A stretch of 32,000 nt of DNA from an uncultured beta proteobacterium (GTDB lineage: Bacteria; Pseudomonadota; Gammaproteobacteria; Burkholderiales; Burkholderiaceae_D): contig OY969095.1 in assembly GCA_963697715.1 (NCBI GenBank), forward strand, positions 2,231,069 through 2,263,068, read 5' to 3'. A program made the translations under genes and the position numbers. The notes beneath the pieces were generated by a model. The model searched no databases, was not told the origin of the DNA, and worked only from the letters and a program-made list of their open reading frames with translations. This document shows, one piece after another, positions 1 to 12,179 of the stretch. Numbering within the stretch: position 1 is the first letter of the stretch; every line of letters starts with the position of its first letter.

Positions 1-1
1 C

Positions 2-1207
2 CAATCCGATGGGCTCACATTAAACGAAGCATTGCAGCTTTCATTGCAGCGCTCGTCGTTGACCAAGGCCGCCAATGCATCTGTATTGGCCAGCCGCGAA
101 TCAGCAGCTAAAGCCGACCAGTTGCCTGACCCGATGCTGAAAATTGGCATCGACAATGTGCCGGTGACAGGTAGCGACCGTTACAGCACCACGAGCGATT
201 TCATGACCATGCGTCGGGTCGGCATCGAACAGCAATGGGTATCTGCCGACAAGCGTGTTGCACGATCGGAACGTGCCCAGCGCGCCGTCGAGATGGAAGA
301 AAGTACTTATCTGGAAAGCGTTGCCAAGGTGCGGGAAGAAGCCGCCAAGGCATGGGTCAATGTACTTTACGGACAGCGCACATTGGCATTGGTCAGTGCG
401 ATGGAAAAAGAAGCGGCCGAAGACCTGAATGCGGTGAACGCGGCACATCGAGGTGCCAAGGCAAACGCCTCAGACGTGATGCAAGCGCAATTGACGCTCT
501 CGCAGGCGCAAGATGCAACGCGCAAGAACACACAGGATTTGAAGAATGCACGCCTTGCGTTAAGCCGCTGGACCGGCATGCCAGCCGCCACTGTCGCCGA
601 CGAGACACCCAAACTGACTTCACATGTGCCGGGGCTGCCGGTAGAAGAACTCGAAAAATATCATCCGATGCTTTTGTCTGCGCGTCGAGCGGTCAATCTC
701 GCAGATGCTGACAGCACCGTAGCGAACCGGGAAAGTAATCCCGACTGGTCTGTAGAAGCTGCTTACAGTCAGCGTGGCAGTCAGTATTCAAACATGGTGT
801 CTTTTGGCATCAGCATTCCTCTTGCGGTTAATCGTGCGCAAAAACAGAACCGCGACATTGCAGAAAAATCTGCCTTGAGCACCAAGGCCAGGATGCAATA
901 CGAAGAAGCCTTGCGCGAATTGCAAACCGAAATCGAGAACCAGTCATCCACTCTGGAAAGTCTTAAAGCCCGTGTAACGCAAATCAATGCGCAGTTGCTA
1001 CCGCCTGCATCGCAGCAGGTGGAGTTGGCAACTGCTGCTTACCGTTCAGGTGCCGGCAGTCTGAGTGCTGTCTTCAATGCAAAAAAAATGTTGTTGGAAC
1101 GACGGCTGCAAATAGCCGAGCTAGAGAGAGAAGCGGCGCTGACTTGGGCAGCGCTGGAATATCACGTGGTTCCACATGACATGGTGCCTGCAGGAGAAAT
1201 GAAATGA
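2..1207 (+). CDS. cusC: Outer-membrane efflux factor of a heavy-metal RND system (CusC/CzcC family); 5' end cut by the window edge
   Basis: The frame is open from base 2 (QSDGLTLNEALQLSLQRS, a typical OMF N-terminal repeat motif). A second OMF repeat lies in the C-terminal half. The stop overlaps the next start as ATGA at 1204-1207. It is the first gene of a C-B-A-F operon. Confidence 0.85.
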   Translation, partial: QSDGLTLNEALQLSLQRSSLTKAANASVLASRESAAKADQLPDPMLKIGIDNVPVTGSDRYSTTSDFMTMRRVGIEQQWVSADKRVARSERAQRAVEMEESTYLESVAKVREEAAKAWVNVLYGQRTLALVSAMEKEAAEDLNAVNAAHRGAKANASDVMQAQLTLSQAQDATRKNTQDLKNARLALSRWTGMPAATVADETPKLTSHVPGLPVEELEKYHPMLLSARRAVNLADADSTVANRESNPDWSVEAAYSQRGSQYSNMVSFGISIPLAVNRAQKQNRDIAEKSALSTKARMQYEEALRELQTEIENQSSTLESLKARVTQINAQLLPPASQQVELATAAYRSGAGSLSAVFNAKKMLLERRLQIAELEREAALTWAALEYHVVPHDMVPAGEMK

Positions 1208-2697
1208 AATCGAAATTCGCATTGAAAGCGATTGTCTTGGTATTGGCAGGTACAGGCCTCGTGTTTGCGGGGTACTGGTTCGGGGCACAAAGAAGCATGG
1301 ATGACGCTGCCACATCTGGCGCAGCGACTGAAAAAGTTGACCCGAAGACGGGCCGCAAAGTCCTGTATTGGCATGACCCTATGGTTCCGGGAAACAAGTT
1401 CGACCAGCCGGGAAAAAGTCCTTTCATGGATATGCAGTTGGTCCCGGTTTATGCGGATGAAGGTTCAGAAGATGGCGGAATAAAAATCAGCCCCACGCTT
1501 CAACAAAATCTCGGTATTCGCTTTGCGACCGTAAGGCGCGAAGGAGTCCGCGATGCATTTGAAATGGTCGGCACAACGCAGTTTGATGAAAGTGCATCGG
1601 AAGTCGTACAAAGCCGCGTGACGGGATATATCGACAAACTGTATGCCCGTTCGCCTCAACAACGCATCAAGCGCGGCGAAGCAATTGCTTCTATTTTCAT
1701 TCCCGACTGGATCGCGCCGCAAGAGGAATATCTGGCGCTCAAACGTAGCGGTAATGCCGAATTAGCGGCCGCTGCCCGGCAAAGAATGCGAGCCATGTCT
1801 ATCCCTGATGGATTGATAAATCAGGCGGACCGCACTGGGCAATCCCAAAAGCACTTCACACTGACATCGCCTGTTACCGGCGTCATCACCGAGTTATCCG
1901 TGCGCGATGGCGCGATGGTAACGCCCGGCATGACCATTGCAAAAGTCGCAGGTCTGAACAAGGTGTGGCTGGTAGCAGAAGTACCCGAGGCACTGAGCAA
2001 TGCAGTCCGCTCCGGCATGACGGTCGAAGCCACATTCTCCGGTGACATGAATAGAAAATACAGCGGCAAGGTTAGAGAAATCCTGCCGGGTATCAGTACT
2101 GCGACACGGACCTTGCAGGCTCGACTGGAGCTGGATAATCGTGATGGCAGCCTCACGCCAGGCATGCTCATGCGCGTCCGCCTTGATGCCGAAAAGCCAG
2201 TGTCGCGTCTTCTGGTTCCGAGTGAAGCCGTGATTGCAAGTGGCAAGCAATCAATTGTTCTGGTCGCTGGCGAAAACAACAGCATGCAACCTGTAATTGT
2301 GACGACAGGCCGGGATACCGGCAACGACACCGAGATTTTGAGTGGCTTGAGTGAGGGGCAGAAAGTGGTCGCTTCGGGGCAATTCCTTATCGATTCGGAA
2401 GCTAGCCTGAAGTCGGTATTGCCCAAGTTTGTTGGCAATAACCAGACAATGCAGCCAACAACGTCTCCTGTTCATCGAGGTATTGGCACCGTAGAGAAAG
2501 TAACGCCAAAAGCATTGACCCTTTCGCACAAGCCAATTCCGGAACTTGAGTGGGGTGCAATGACGATGGACTTTAACAAGTCGCGTCCTGAGCTATTCGG
2601 CGAGATAAAAGCAGGGCAGGAAGTTGAGTTCTCGTTCAGGGAAAATGACGACGGCTACCTGCTCGAAAGCGTCAAATCGGTCGGAGGCAAGCAATGA
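1204..2697 (+). CDS. cusB: RND periplasmic adaptor (CusB family) with a fused C-terminal CusF-like metal-binding domain
   Basis: There is a signal/TM segment at the N-terminus. The motif [29 protein letters not shown] is typical of CusB-type adaptors. The last ~90 aa ([10 protein letters not shown]...[18 protein letters not shown]) resemble CusF with its H and MxM ligands. Both ends have ATGA overlaps. Confidence 0.85.
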   Translation: MKSKFALKAIVLVLAGTGLVFAGYWFGAQRSMDDAATSGAATEKVDPKTGRKVLYWHDPMVPGNKFDQPGKSPFMDMQLVPVYADEGSEDGGIKISPTLQQNLGIRFATVRREGVRDAFEMVGTTQFDESASEVVQSRVTGYIDKLYARSPQQRIKRGEAIASIFIPDWIAPQEEYLALKRSGNAELAAAARQRMRAMSIPDGLINQADRTGQSQKHFTLTSPVTGVITELSVRDGAMVTPGMTIAKVAGLNKVWLVAEVPEALSNAVRSGMTVEATFSGDMNRKYSGKVREILPGISTATRTLQARLELDNRDGSLTPGMLMRVRLDAEKPVSRLLVPSEAVIASGKQSIVLVAGENNSMQPVIVTTGRDTGNDTEILSGLSEGQKVVASGQFLIDSEASLKSVLPKFVGNNQTMQPTTSPVHRGIGTVEKVTPKALTLSHKPIPELEWGAMTMDFNKSRPELFGEIKAGQEVEFSFRENDDGYLLESVKSVGGKQ

Positions 2698-5600
2698 TTG
2701 CGCGAATAATTCGCTGGTCCATTGCCAACCGATTCTGGGTACTGCTTGCTGCGGTCGTCATTGCAGGATGGGGTCTATGGTCCTTGAACAAAACGCCTTT
2801 GGATGCATTGCCTGATCTATCTGATACGCAGGTCATCATTCGTGCTCAGTATCCCGGCAAGGCACCGCAGTTAGTGGAGGACCAGGTCACTTATCCACTG
2901 ACCACGGCATTGCTGGCTGTTCCAGGCGCCAAGACCGTCCGGGGTTATTCCTTCTTTGGCGACTCGTTTGTGTATGTTCTTTTTGAAGATGCCACGGACC
3001 AATACTGGGCGCGCTCCAGAGTCCTGGAATACATCAGCCAGGTGCAAAGCCGCTTGCCTCAGGGCGTGCGCGCCGAGCTTGGGCCGGATGGAACGGGAGT
3101 AGGCTGGATATTTGAGTATGCACTGGTCGACCGTACCGGGCAAAACGATCTCAGTCAGTTGAGGACGTTGAACGACTGGTTTCTGAAGTTCGAACTCAAG
3201 ACCGTTCCGGATGTAGCAGAGGTCGCCAGCATCGGTGGCATGGTGAAGCAGTATCAAGTTATCCTCGACCCGGACAAGCTACGCGCATTCGGTATCTCGC
3301 ATGCAAAGGTGCTCGATGCATTGGCGAAGGCAAACCAGGAATCAGGTGGATCGGTCGTCGAAATGGCCGAGACCGAATATATGGTCCGCTCTCACGGGTA
3401 TCTGCGTTCACTGGAAGATTTCCGCAATGTTTTACTCAACGCAAATGATGCGGGTACGCCAGTATTACTCAGGGATGTGGCAACAGTCCGTATTGGTCCT
3501 GAAATGCGTCGCGGCATTGCCGAGTTGAATGGTGAAGGTGAAGTTGCTGGCGGCGTCGTTGTCATGCGCTCCGGTAAAAACGCGCTGGAGACCATCAAGG
3601 CAGTCAAGGCAAAACTCGCTACCTTGCAAAGTTCACTTCCGAAAGGCGTGGAGGTTGTCACGACCTACGACCGTTCCAAACTGATTACGGCAGCAGTGAC
3701 CAACCTGCGCGACAAGCTGATTGAAGAGTTCGTTGTGGTCGCTTTGGTCTGCGCCATCTTCCTGTTCCATTTACGCAGCGCCTTGGTCGCCATCATCTCG
3801 TTACCCTTGGGCGTACTCGCTGCTTTCATTGTGATGCGCTACCAAGGGGTCAATGCCAATCTGATGTCATTAGGCGGTATAGCCATTGCAGTAGGTGCGA
3901 TGGTCGATGCAGCGATTGTCATGATTGAAAATGCTCACAAACATCTGGAAGCCTATTCGCACGCGCATCCAAATCAGGAAATTAGTGCCCGCGAGCGATG
4001 GGACCTGATTGCAGAGTCGGCCATAGAGGTCGGGCCTGCGCTGTTCTTCTCATTGCTTATTGTCACGCTATCTTTCATTCCGGTATTCGCCCTAGAAGCG
4101 CAAGAGGGCAAGTTGTTCGCGCCGTTGGCATATACAAAAACCTACACCTTGGCTGCGGCGGCCGGGCTGGCGATTACGCTGATACCGGTATTGATGGGAT
4201 ACATGATTCGCGGACGTATTCCCAGCGAGGCATCGAATCCGATTAATCGCGTACTGATACGCGCGTATAGGCCTTGGTTGAATGCAAGTCTGGCGCATCC
4301 GAAATGGACGATTGCGATTGCGTTTATTGCTCTTGCCTTGACGGTGATCCCGCTGTCGCAGCTAGGAGGCGAGTTCCTGCCACCTCTGGACGAAGGTGAT
4401 TTGCTGTACATGCCTTCTGCATTGCCCGGCTTGTCCGCATCCAAAGCCAGTGAACTGCTGCAACAAACAGACCGCCTCATCAAGACAGTACCGGAGGTCG
4501 CGACGGTATTCGGCAAAGCTGGCCGTGCGGAATCGGCCACCGACCCTGCGCCTTTGGAGATGTTTGAAACGACCATTCAATTCAAACCGAAAGACCAATG
4601 GCGTGCCGGTATGACATCTGCAAAGCTCATTAAAGAACTGGACCGGATAGTCAAGGTTCCTGGACTATCGAATGTCTGGGTGCCACCTATTCGGAACCGC
4701 ATCGACATGCTTTCGACCGGCATCAAAACACCCGTCGGTGTAAAAGTATCCGGTGCCGACCTCGGACAAATCGACAAAATTGCCACGCAAATCGAAGCGG
4801 TCGTCAAAAAAGTACCGGGGGTGACTTCTGCGCTGGCGGAGCGCGTAAGCGGCGGACGTTATATCGATGTCGATATCGATCGCGCAAAAGCAGCGCGATA
4901 TGGCTTGGCGGTGACGGATGTGCAGTCGGTCATCTCATCTGCGATCGGTGGCGAAAACGTAGGTGAAGTCGTGGATGGACGCCAGCGCTTTCCTATCAAT
5001 GTCCGCTACCCACAGGAATATCGGAATTCGGTACAGACACTCCGTGAATTTCCTGTCGTGACAGAGAAGGGTGCACAAGTACGGCTGGGCGATATTACGA
5101 ACATCAAGGTAACCGATGGGCCGCCGATGATACGCAGCGAGAACGCACGACTTTCTGGCTGGGTCTATGTCGATGTACGTGGAACCGACTTGCACACAGC
5201 CGTGAAGGCAATGCAGGCCGCGGTGGCAAAAGAAGTAAAGCTCCCGCCTGGGTATTCGATAGGTTGGTCGGGTCAGTTTGAATACCTGGAGCGCGCCGTC
5301 GCCAAGTTGCAAACAGTGATTCCACTGACGTTGGCCGCCATCTTTATTCTTCTGTACCTGGCATTCCGTTCAACATCGGAAGCATTTTTGCTCATGCTGA
5401 CCGTACCTTTTGCACTTATCGGCGGCTTCTGGTTTGTGTGGCTGCTGGGCCATGCAGTTTCGGTTGCTACTGCGGTCGGGTTTATCGCACTGGCAGGATT
5501 GGCAGCTGAATTCGGTGTCGTGATGCTGGTGTATCTACGCAACGCACTGGATCAGCGTCTGCAATCCGGGCTGCCGTTAACCAAGGAGCTCATTGCGGAA

Positions 5601-5846
5601 GCGATACGAGAAGGAGCAGTGCTACGTGTGCGCCCCAAAGCCATGACAGTGGCAGTTATCCTGGCCGGTCTTGTCCCGATTATGTTCGGCAGCGGCGCAG
5701 GCTCCGAAGTAATGCAACGGATTGCCGCACCGATGGTGGGCGGCATGATTACCGCACCCTTGCTGTCGCTGTTTGTGATTCCAGCCGCATGGCGTTTGCT
5801 TCAAGAACGCAAATTACGGTTGGCAGTACGAAAAAAATCAATTTAA
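2694..5846 (+). CDS. cusA: Heavy-metal efflux RND inner-membrane pump, CusA/SilA type (1050 aa)
   Basis: Length and overall sequence are typical of HME-RND pumps, with 12-TM architecture and two large periplasmic loops. It is translationally coupled to cusB. Confidence 0.9.
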   Translation: MIARIIRWSIANRFWVLLAAVVIAGWGLWSLNKTPLDALPDLSDTQVIIRAQYPGKAPQLVEDQVTYPLTTALLAVPGAKTVRGYSFFGDSFVYVLFEDATDQYWARSRVLEYISQVQSRLPQGVRAELGPDGTGVGWIFEYALVDRTGQNDLSQLRTLNDWFLKFELKTVPDVAEVASIGGMVKQYQVILDPDKLRAFGISHAKVLDALAKANQESGGSVVEMAETEYMVRSHGYLRSLEDFRNVLLNANDAGTPVLLRDVATVRIGPEMRRGIAELNGEGEVAGGVVVMRSGKNALETIKAVKAKLATLQSSLPKGVEVVTTYDRSKLITAAVTNLRDKLIEEFVVVALVCAIFLFHLRSALVAIISLPLGVLAAFIVMRYQGVNANLMSLGGIAIAVGAMVDAAIVMIENAHKHLEAYSHAHPNQEISARERWDLIAESAIEVGPALFFSLLIVTLSFIPVFALEAQEGKLFAPLAYTKTYTLAAAAGLAITLIPVLMGYMIRGRIPSEASNPINRVLIRAYRPWLNASLAHPKWTIAIAFIALALTVIPLSQLGGEFLPPLDEGDLLYMPSALPGLSASKASELLQQTDRLIKTVPEVATVFGKAGRAESATDPAPLEMFETTIQFKPKDQWRAGMTSAKLIKELDRIVKVPGLSNVWVPPIRNRIDMLSTGIKTPVGVKVSGADLGQIDKIATQIEAVVKKVPGVTSALAERVSGGRYIDVDIDRAKAARYGLAVTDVQSVISSAIGGENVGEVVDGRQRFPINVRYPQEYRNSVQTLREFPVVTEKGAQVRLGDITNIKVTDGPPMIRSENARLSGWVYVDVRGTDLHTAVKAMQAAVAKEVKLPPGYSIGWSGQFEYLERAVAKLQTVIPLTLAAIFILLYLAFRSTSEAFLLMLTVPFALIGGFWFVWLLGHAVSVATAVGFIALAGLAAEFGVVMLVYLRNALDQRLQSGLPLTKELIAEAIREGAVLRVRPKAMTVAVILAGLVPIMFGSGAGSEVMQRIAAPMVGGMITAPLLSLFVIPAAWRLLQERKLRLAVRKKSI

Positions 5847-5863
5847 CTACCAAGGAGTATCAA

Positions 5864-6235
5864 ATGGAAAAATCGCTTTTAAATCTGGTGGCCATCTGTG
5901 GATTCTCTCTGCTGACTATGAGTGCTTACGCTGACCAAAGCAGCAAAGGTACGGACATGGCAGGGATGAAGATGGATAGCGTGCCGACAAGACCAGCGAA
6001 GGCGACAGCTTTATCGGATGGTGAAGTCAAAGCCGTGGATAAAGAAAACAAAAGCATTACTTTGAAACATGGGCGCATTAAGAGTGCAACGGTAGAGATG
6101 GGAGCTATGACCATGCCTTTTGCCGTGAAAGACAAAGTGCTTCTTTCCAATGTGAAAGTAGGCGACAAGGTGAAGTTTACGGTCGAGAACATAGAGAGTG
6201 TACCAACCGTTACAACACTATCTGTTCAGAAATAA
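5864..6235 (+). CDS. cusF: Periplasmic copper/silver-binding protein, CusF family
   Basis: An AAGGAG RBS lies 7 nt upstream of the ATG at 5864. The protein has a signal peptide (LLTMSAYA) and a Met-rich stretch (MAGMKMD). The core ITLKHGRIKSATVEMGAMTMPF is CusF-like. Confidence 0.8.
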   Translation: MEKSLLNLVAICGFSLLTMSAYADQSSKGTDMAGMKMDSVPTRPAKATALSDGEVKAVDKENKSITLKHGRIKSATVEMGAMTMPFAVKDKVLLSNVKVGDKVKFTVENIESVPTVTTLSVQK

Positions 6236-6662
6236 CTGAAACATCGGGATCTCGGCCTCGAATTCGTCAAATACGGCTTCCCCTGGATGCACGAGGTATG
6301 GACATCACCGAAGCGTACTTAATCACGCACAAACCGTTACCGATGATGAGCGGCGAGGACGGGTCGGACCGATCGAAATGGGCGTGAGTGAAATTGAAAT
6401 GAAGCGTCTTTTTAAACTGAAGCCGCGGACTGGAATAGAAACATTGTCTGCTAATAAATTACTTCTCAAGTAAAACATTACATATAAACAAATAGTTATT
6501 CATATTTAAAATCAATGCTTTATGAAACAAAACCTCATGCAACAGATCAAACATATCGTGCATCGTCCTCTTACGTGAAATCGCCTGCTTCTCCTATTCG
6601 AAAACCTGAAGCGGATTGCTAGGATGAGTAATCCAAACACATAAAGATCATCAGGAGACGCC

Positions 6663-6926
6663 ATGAGCAAGAGCACCATCGATCCCGACAACGATTTCGA
6701 ACCGGACCGCGAATTGGGCGAAGGCCACGACATCAATGCGCTTGGTCCAAGCGATTCATCCGATAGCGGCAGTGACATGGCTGGCACACCCGGACGTGGC
6801 GGCGACACGGATTCGACCGGAACCGGCGAACGTGCAGGCGTCGAACGCAGCGACGAGACGACTGCACGCGATATCGACGTCGATCGCATCGAGGAAGATA
6901 TTGGACCGGATGAAGTTGAAGATTGA
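6663..6926 (+). CDS. Hypothetical small, highly acidic, low-complexity protein (87 aa)
   Basis: A GGAGA RBS precedes the ATG and a strong rho-independent terminator follows. Composition is rich in D/E/G/S/T with no hydrophobic core. No family was recognised. Confidence 0.5.
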   Translation: MSKSTIDPDNDFEPDRELGEGHDINALGPSDSSDSGSDMAGTPGRGGDTDSTGTGERAGVERSDETTARDIDVDRIEEDIGPDEVED

Positions 6927-6952
6927 TTGACGATTAAATCCGTCGGATGCCC

Positions 6953-6982
6953 AAAGCCCGCCACCTTGGCGGGCTTTTTTAT
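6953..6982 (+). terminator. Rho-independent terminator after the acidic ORF
   Basis: The stem is AAAGCCCGCC / GGCGGGCTTT with loop ACCTT, followed by a T-run. Confidence 0.7.
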
Positions 6983-7154
6983 TTGCCTGTGCAGAAGCAG
7001 CTACCCTGTGATTACTTGAAAACAAGATCGCCGTCGGCATATAGTCGGCTCATTCACGCTGCTGTCGAATCGTCCGCGAACGGCGTTTCGAAAGAAGCAT
7101 TACCATGAACGGCACCTTGCCAATAACAGAGGCCCATTAGCGAAAGGCACAGCC

Positions 7155-9257
<2,103 letters not shown>

Positions 9258-9270
9258 ACATAAGCGCCCC

Positions 9271-9313
9271 AAAAAAACAGCCGCCGGTTAGCAAACCGGC
9301 GGCTGTTTATTTT
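9271..9313. terminator. Bidirectional rho-independent terminator between fusA and the convergent MFS gene
   Basis: A 12-bp stem CAGCCGCCGGTT / AACCGGCGGCTG with loop AGCA is flanked by an A-run upstream and a T-run downstream. Confidence 0.7.
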
Positions 9314-9336
9314 GTTTATGTGTTTTGCTTCGGCAG

Positions 9337-10542
9337 TCAGGTCGTCAGGCCGGGCGGCTGATTCTTCACGTGGCGCAAGGTCACCAGCGACAGGATAAAC
9401 GCCACAATCGCGCAACCGGCAATGCCGATCACCATCGGCTGCGCCGTGCCGTCAGCGAACGGCCCGATCATCGCCATCACCACGGCACCGGTTACAAACT
9501 GCAAGGTGCCCATCAACGCAGAAGCGGTACCGGCGATTTCGCCGTGCTCTTCCAGCGCCAGCACGGCAGTCGTCGGCACCACCAAACCAAGAAAACCGTA
9601 GCCGATGAACAGCAGCACCAGCATCACATCCAGTCGTTCGATACCGGCAAGATTCACAAAGAGTAGAGCGGTCATCAGCAGAGCAAAACCGGCCACAGCA
9701 AACTTCACCATCGATACCAGTCCGAAGCGTTTGCCCAGATAAGCGGTAAATTGCGACACACCGATGAACGACGCTGCGTTGGAGGAAAACGCAAAACTGT
9801 ATTCACGCGGCGTCAGTCCGTAATGATTGATCAGTACAAAGGACGAGTTGGCCAGATACGCGAAAAAGCTCGCCACGCCGAACGCACCGATAAACACCAT
9901 GCCCAGAAAATGCAGGTCGCGGCATAAAAATACATACGCCTTCAACGCACTCATCACGCTGCTGCCGACACGCTGATCCGCCGCACGCGTCTCCGCCTGG
10001 CCATTACTCAACAGGAACAGCGCCAGCACGGCGGCAATCGTCACCGCCCAGAACACGCTGCGCCAGCCGCTCCATTCGATCAGAAAACTGCCGGCCAGCG
10101 GCGCCAGAATCGGCGATACGCTGAACACAAGCATGAGCAGCGACATCAATCGCGCCGCATCGTTACCCGTATGCAGATCGCGCACGATCGCACGCGGAAT
10201 CACCATACCGGCCGCCGCGCCCAACCCCTGCAGAAAGCGCAGGATGATCAGCGTATGGATATTCGGTGCCAGCGCACAGCCGACGCTGCACACCGCAAAC
10301 AGCACCAAGCCAAAATACAGCGGCGGCTTGCGGCCGAACATGTCGGATATCGGGCCGTACAGCAGCTGACCGATTCCCAGCGAAATGAAGAAAGCCATCA
10401 GGCTCGCCTGCACCGCACTGGTCGGCGCATCAAGGCTCGCACCGATCGACGGCAATGCCGGCAGATACATGTCGATGGCGAACGGACCAATGGCGGACAG
10501 CAGGCCGAGGACCAGCGCGTTTTTATAGAAATGGGAATTCAT
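9337..10542 (-). CDS. MFS drug/metabolite exporter, Bcr/CflA subfamily (402 aa from the ATG at 10542)
   Basis: The protein has 12 predicted TM segments. The N-terminus LGLLSAIGPFAIDMYLPALPSI and the motif GPISDMFGRKPPL are typical of Bcr/CflA transporters. The upstream 61 codons of the tracked ORF look non-coding. Confidence 0.85.
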   Translation of the reverse strand: MNSHFYKNALVLGLLSAIGPFAIDMYLPALPSIGASLDAPTSAVQASLMAFFISLGIGQLLYGPISDMFGRKPPLYFGLVLFAVCSVGCALAPNIHTLIILRFLQGLGAAAGMVIPRAIVRDLHTGNDAARLMSLLMLVFSVSPILAPLAGSFLIEWSGWRSVFWAVTIAAVLALFLLSNGQAETRAADQRVGSSVMSALKAYVFLCRDLHFLGMVFIGAFGVASFFAYLANSSFVLINHYGLTPREYSFAFSSNAASFIGVSQFTAYLGKRFGLVSMVKFAVAGFALLMTALLFVNLAGIERLDVMLVLLFIGYGFLGLVVPTTAVLALEEHGEIAGTASALMGTLQFVTGAVVMAMIGPFADGTAQPMVIGIAGCAIVAFILSLVTLRHVKNQPPGLTT

Positions 10543-10633
10543 GGATGACGGAGTTGGAAATACCGGTTTTGAAACGAGTCGGCATTGTGCCTGAAGAACG
10601 GCGACTCCGTATTTCAGGAGACAGGAAAACGAA

Positions 10634-10801
10634 TCAGGTATTGTCCTGCAAAAATTCCTTGGCTGCCGCGACTGGGTCAATTGACGTGTCGATAGGGTCG
10701 TCGCCATAAAAGATATCCAGCGCATCCATCGCGCTTTCCATATCAGCGCCAGCCTTGATCAGTGTTTCTGTCCATTTGGCGCGCCACAGGTATTCGTCCA
10801 T
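10634..10801 (-). CDS. Possible small acidic protein (55 aa, below the ORF-track cutoff)
   Basis: My own translation is MDEYLWRAKWTETLIKAGADMESAMDALDIFYGDDPIDTSIDPVAAAKEFLQDNT. A GGAGA lies about 9 nt upstream of the ATG. No family was recognised. Confidence 0.3.
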   Translation of the reverse strand: MDEYLWRAKWTETLIKAGADMESAMDALDIFYGDDPIDTSIDPVAAAKEFLQDNT

Positions 10802-11087
10802 GCTCCAGGTCTCCGTAAATTAATGATCCATGCCCGAAAATCCGAAGCCGGAGCGGGCGTCCATTGAGAGGACGGGAGAATAGCATAGCGCGACAGCTAT
10901 TCCAAAGACCGCACCACGACGACAATCCGACTCACCATAATGGCCGTCCTGACCGGGCAAAACCGGTGAGATCACGAACAAAATCATGCGATCCGTACCC
11001 AAGCGTTTCGCCATCGATTTCATAGAAAAAGGGATGGCAGGTACGATGGCTGAACGCCTGCATCCATTTCAGGTGCTCTTCGGATGG

Positions 11088-11348
11088 ATTGCCAAGTACT
11101 GTACTAAAGAGATGGAATGCCGCTCCCTCGATGAAAAGCGTTATTTCTGCTCACGTGGTATTCCGGTGCCGGAAGTCATTTACTGGCGTTTGCATAGCGA
11201 TACGATGCTGGCTGCTGTAGAGGTGGCCGTGGCCGTCGCCAGTGAGGGCAATTTGGATGGTATGCAATGGTGGTGCAATAACGCCCTAGGCTGTGTCTGG
11301 ATAGCTACTGCGCCTGGAGGAAGTCAGGACATTGCCGCGCCGTTTTGA
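11088..11348 (+). pseudogene. 3' fragment (last ~86 codons) of an inovirus rolling-circle Rep gene; remnant of an earlier, related phage integration
   Basis: It is about 94-95% identical to 17651-17914. The encoded peptide is identical from IAKYCTKE to IATAPG. The HUH motif and everything upstream are missing, and homology stops abruptly at 11088. Confidence 0.8.
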
Positions 11349-11349
11349 T

Positions 11350-11586
11350 CTAGTCTAATTTCTTCAATTGCTTGCATGCTGTTACATGCTTTTGAGTTTC
11401 ATGCAGATCGTTTTTTAAAAAATACATTGGTTTTTCAGGTGTTGGCTTTAATGTTTTGAGCCATTGAAGCCGTTCGTTTGCTTGATCGCACCTGTATCCG
11501 ACCGGATCGGTTTGTCTTTTGGTTGTTTGAGCGTATGCGAACGTTGTCCAGATCATTGCTGTTATTCCCAGAATCGTTATCTTCAT
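11350..11586 (-). CDS. Hypothetical small secreted protein (78 aa from the ATG at 11586) in the phage remnant
   Basis: It has a signal-peptide-like N-terminus (MKITILGITAMIWTTFAYA) and two Cys in the mature part. The DNA is AT-rich and there is no clear RBS. Confidence 0.35.
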   Translation of the reverse strand: MKITILGITAMIWTTFAYAQTTKRQTDPVGYRCDQANERLQWLKTLKPTPEKPMYFLKNDLHETQKHVTACKQLKKLD

Positions 11587-11688
11587 GATTGTTATTTTGA
11601 ACGGTCGGAAATTCAATTATATTGCCCGTTACCAATCCCAATTTCATCTTTTGTTCTCCGAATCCCATTTCTCGAAGTATCATAATGA

Positions 11689-11716
11689 AGTTCGTATAAT
11701 TTATACTTCCATCCAC
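11689..11716 (+). other. attL: hybrid pseudo-dif (XerC arm + central region, no XerD arm)
   Basis: The sequence is AGTTCGTATAA-TTTATA-CTTCCATCCAC. Its first 17 nt are identical to the dif site at 18656-18672, and the exact repeat is 19 bp when the preceding GA is included. Confidence 0.7.
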
Positions 11717-11729
11717 TGCAAAATACTTG

Positions 11730-12029
11730 TTACGCCGTAACTGGAACCCTTGCCCAGACTACGTTTGCGGCGCGTAACAAGGAATCAAAAGACTTGGAAA
11801 TTTTAGATTTCTTCGCCTTCAATTTTTTCTCTTCTGCTGCTAAAACATTCAGCATTTCTTCGCCGGAAATTCCCGCTTCCGATGCCATTATTTTGGCAGT
11901 CAGATAGTCCGGCATTCTTTGCCCATTTACATATCTGTTCAGCGTAACTTGCTGCAATCCCCAGTCCTTTGCCGCCTGATTTACTGAGCGTTCTTTTAAC
12001 GCTCGTTTAACAATTTCGAGATAACTCAT
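11730..12029 (-). CDS. Phage HTH (Cro/CI-XRE-like) transcriptional regulator, probable immunity repressor (99 aa)
   Basis: An AGGAGA RBS is present. The helix-turn-helix segment is SVNQAAKDWGLQQVTLNRYVNGQ. The gene is oriented opposite to the structural genes and lies next to attL. Confidence 0.7.
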   Translation of the reverse strand: MSYLEIVKRALKERSVNQAAKDWGLQQVTLNRYVNGQRMPDYLTAKIMASEAGISGEEMLNVLAAEEKKLKAKKSKISKSFDSLLRAANVVWARVPVTA

Positions 12030-12054
12030 CTTAATTCTCCTGTTGCTTCGTTAG

Positions 12055-12105
12055 ACCGTTTGGTTTTATCTTGTTTATACCGATTGGTTTAAGACCGTTC
12101 GGATT
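12055..12105. promoter_or_regulatory. Three direct repeats ACCGWTYGG upstream of the repressor gene; candidate operators
   Basis: The copies are ACCGTTTGGTTT (12055), ACCGATTGGTTT (12079) and ACCGTTCGGATT (12094), all within the 150-bp gap upstream of the repressor start. Confidence 0.4.
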
Positions 12106-12179
12106 ACAAGTTAACGATATCACAAGGGGCGCACATGTTGGATTCGTTCGTAAATCGGTTTGCTAAGTACTTGCCGGGT

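Noticed and set aside
1081-1088. An A8 homopolymer inside cusC, considered as a slipped-strand switch
   Set aside because: The frame is intact, the tract is short, and it simply encodes Lys-Lys. There is no evidence of phase variation.
10986-11087. The N-terminal third of the tracked ORF 10986-11348
   Set aside because: Only the part from 11088 onward is homologous to the phage rep gene. The upstream part has no similarity to Rep and appears to be fortuitously open. The whole is treated as a gene fragment, not a gene.
10802-11087. A search for a third pseudo-dif, or for the left junction of the older phage remnant. The minus-strand ORFs 10743-10925 and 10820-11023 were also considered here.
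   Set aside because: No dif-like sequence was found by eye. Both ORFs have implausible compositions and one overlaps a better small ORF. The left limit of the remnant cannot be fixed from this window.
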